Assembly (NCBI GenBank): GCA_048013815.1
Contig: CM106585.1
Span: forward strand, 1,736,001 to 1,800,000
Direction: 5' to 3'
DNA length: 64,000 bases
Source: Setoptus koraiensis
Lineage: Eukaryota > Animalia > Arthropoda
How positions within the stretch are numbered: the stretch's first letter is position 1; each line of letters begins with the position of its first letter. The notes beneath the pieces are model-generated. The model did not search any database, was not told the origin of the DNA, and saw only the letters and a list, made by a program, of their open reading frames with translations. Positions 61,278 through 64,000 of this stretch are shown piece by piece. The position numbers and the translations under genes were made by a program.

Positions 61278-62986
61278 TTAGAATTCTTTAATCATTGAGT
61301 TCTGTTGATGTTCCTTGATATATCTGGTCCTTTTTGTGCTAGATGATAATGCCTTACAATAACAAAATGCAAATATTCCACAAACAACAATGATTATTGC
61401 AGTCGCGCAGCAGCCTATTATAAATGTCCAACTCTTATAACGTATAAGTCTCTCCAGGTCATCCAAACAGCCCTAGTCGATGGTGGGCAAAGATATGAAC
61501 TTTCATTAGGTAGAGCTCGAGAGAGATAGCTGAGATCAATGTCGCTTTCGGAGTGATATTCAGGAGTCAAAGATTGAAGGCATCGACTTCTTTCTTTACC
61601 TTTCTGTGCCTGTAACTCTGATAAAATCTTGTATCGCTTGATTGACACATGGTCTCATTTATAGGTCTAGGATTTATATGGGCTTGATCATCATGGTTGT
61701 TTTTCAAATGACAACAGGTTTTAGCTACAGCCGCCTCCACACCGCCCAAACGTAGATTTCTCCAAGTAGACTGGTCATAATCGAAATGTCCATCCATTCC
61801 GCAGCATTCATATTTCGTTTGCAACTGTTATATATAGATAGGCAGAGAAAAGAAAAGAATTTACGCAATTGATCAGATCGAAAATGAAATGATAGTGCTG
61901 TAAAATTTCGTTGTAATGTAAATCCAAATTTTGTACTTACAAAATCTATAGCCGCTGTAAATGACGCGTGAACACCATAGTCTGATTTCAATTTACTGAC
62001 CAATCTCAGTCTGACATCGGCAACTAATTTTTCTTGAAATATCATGGCCAATAAACCTGTTGCAAAGTCTAGTGCCAAAATAGCCAATATAAGAAATATA
62101 TACTGAGCAAATTGATTATGTTTGAATAGTAGGTTATTTGTTCGTTTCATTTACAAGCAACAATGGCAACGAAAGGAGAAAAAGTGAAACTGATTAGTAT
62201 AATCGTGAACAACAATCATGTAACAACCATTCGACCCGATCATACAATAGTAAACTAATCTCTTGTATTTCTCTTGTGCGAATGTCGAATGCTTACCAGA
62301 CCCACAATCCACCTATTGTTTTTGACTAGTGCAGTGCAACCACAACAACCAACTAATATTGTAGCGCTACCAAGTATTATGAATGACCATGATAATAATT
62401 GGAATAGGGAAAGCTTTGAGTTTGGCTCAAATACTAACAAATTAGATAGATTGAATCTACTATCCTCAACTAAAAATAAGATGCCCCAAGTTCCGATTGC
62501 AAAACCTGAACACTAGAGGTAAGATGATTTTGAAAGAAGAAACGGAAATATTTTTATGTAAGCTTTCATAGTTTAAAAATGATTAATTTGATGTTAGCTT
62601 CGTTTGTGTTGATGTAAGGTTGTTGCTGATGTTGAAATTACCCAAAATAGAAGATTAGTCAAGAAGAGAAAGAACTTGGCACACTTTCCGCCGCATCCCA
62701 AACTCAATTGATCAGCCTGTAGCAATGTTGATTGTGATTTATCAAGAGGTCTCTTGCTGTTTGTATTATTGTTTTGCTTGCTGTGATTACCACCACTGCC
62801 CTTGATGGTATTTGTCTTCGAGTGGGCCGCCGGATGTATCGGTGATTTTCTGTACGTTTGACTGGCAGTGAAATCGCTGATATTATTATTATTATTATTG
62901 TTCACTGATGAATACTGGTGGTAAGATGAGGGTGGATTCTTGTGGGCAGCCTGGTAGACGTGCTGCGATTGATTTTTGTGATACAT
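61278..62986 (-). CDS. Tetraspanin; exons 62986-62642, 62512-62297, 62102-61941, 61824-61600, 61472-61278 (~380 aa)
   Basis: All introns are phase-0 GT-AG. 'KFFLFLTNLLFW', 'GCCGC', large loop 'LQTKYECCG...W......KTCC...C...GC', and four TM segments. Confidence 0.9.
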
Positions 62987-64000
62987 CGCTACCTAGAGAA
63001 TGCTTGAGAATATTACAATCAAGTTCTCTGTGGGTTGTCTGATCCGATCTTTATGATATTGTTGGACTGGAAAAAAACACAACGAACAGTTAACAAGTAG
63101 TCTGATTGTCTGATTGGAAAACACAACCCAGTGTAGGTATTGTGGAGCATCTCAATCAGCAGTGCTTAATGATTCTTGAGGATCTGGTCAATCAAATGTA
63201 TACATTATGCGGCTACTTTTGGAGTAGTTCATCTAACGCTTTTTGATGTATATTCGTTGATGGCGGACCTTTTTTGCGGAGAAAAGTTTCAAATTATTAT
63301 TGTTGAGAATAATGAAGAAAACAGTTTGAGTAATGAGACAACAAAACTAGGGAATGGTCAAGCTAAAACTCTGTACTATCATGCTGTGCTTGTTAAGTAT
63401 CAAGAAACTGTTGTTGTGATTCAAACGATCTAACTTGACGCGATATCAACTGACTAGAAAACCTATCTGTAACGTATTGTATGTTGAGACTTATTATGGT
63501 TTATTATGTTGCATAACTGAAACTTGGTCAAACACAAACTAAAAGATATAACTAGAAATGAGCGAATGAATGACCAGTACAGGGCCAACTTGAGCCAAAA
63601 GTTGTATATAAAATATATATCTAACATGTAGCTGTTTACTGTGTACGTTGAATAGACATTGGCCAGTTTGTTCAAGATAAAGTATATTTGAATAAAAACT
63701 ACAATCACGCATGCATAAAATGACACCGTTGATAACGGCAACAACAACAGCGACAGCGAGAACGTTACAACAACGACAGAATGTAACATTGTCCGCATTA
63801 CATAACACTGAAATTTTTCATTGCATCCACCTGGATAGGCAACGGTTGGATTTGCAGAGAGTGACAGAGAATTTGAGTGATGGACTTTTGCAACGACAAC
63901 TTGATCTGGAATAAAGTTTTGAGTAATACACTCGACCGACTTCGCTCCTTCTCTCTTTCTCTCTCTCTCCCCTAGACCAACAGTATAACATCAGCTCTTG

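Noticed and set aside
63463-63990. Hydrophobic minus-strand open frame near the window end
   Set aside because: There is no recognisable family or supported splice structure, and it partly derives from TTG/CTG repeats.

Overview
Eukaryotic, very compact arthropod DNA. The gene set, short U2 introns and many intronless housekeeping genes suggest a mite, possibly eriophyoid-like (inference). The window has two regimes. (i) Gene-dense, AT-rich clusters at ~0-33 kb and ~57-63 kb hold ABCD3-like (5' part), tRNA-His, SNRPG, TSEN34, GINS3, KDM2, a CERS1-like ceramide synthase, RING1/Sce, RSL1D1, INTS11, a decayed acidic repeat ORF, a LEV-9/Hasp-like WAP+8xCCP gene, YIF1, a gustatory receptor, TRMT1, UTP3 and a tetraspanin. 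(ii) A microsatellite-saturated domain at ~36-56 kb holds a 3-exon agatoxin-like neuropeptide gene and a ~2400-aa ankyrin-module protein with an apparent +1 frameshift. The main oddities are: KDM2 without F-box/LRR, UTP3 without its central domain, a minimal RING1, a LEV-9-like gene stopping right after CCP8 and bracketed by diverged direct repeats, convergent genes with stop codons 2 bp apart, and a 13-bp E-box/AP-1/splice-donor triplet. There is a 500-N assembly gap at 59293-59792. I found no CRISPR array, rRNA or intact transposon. All homology calls come from motif recognition by eye, not database searches.
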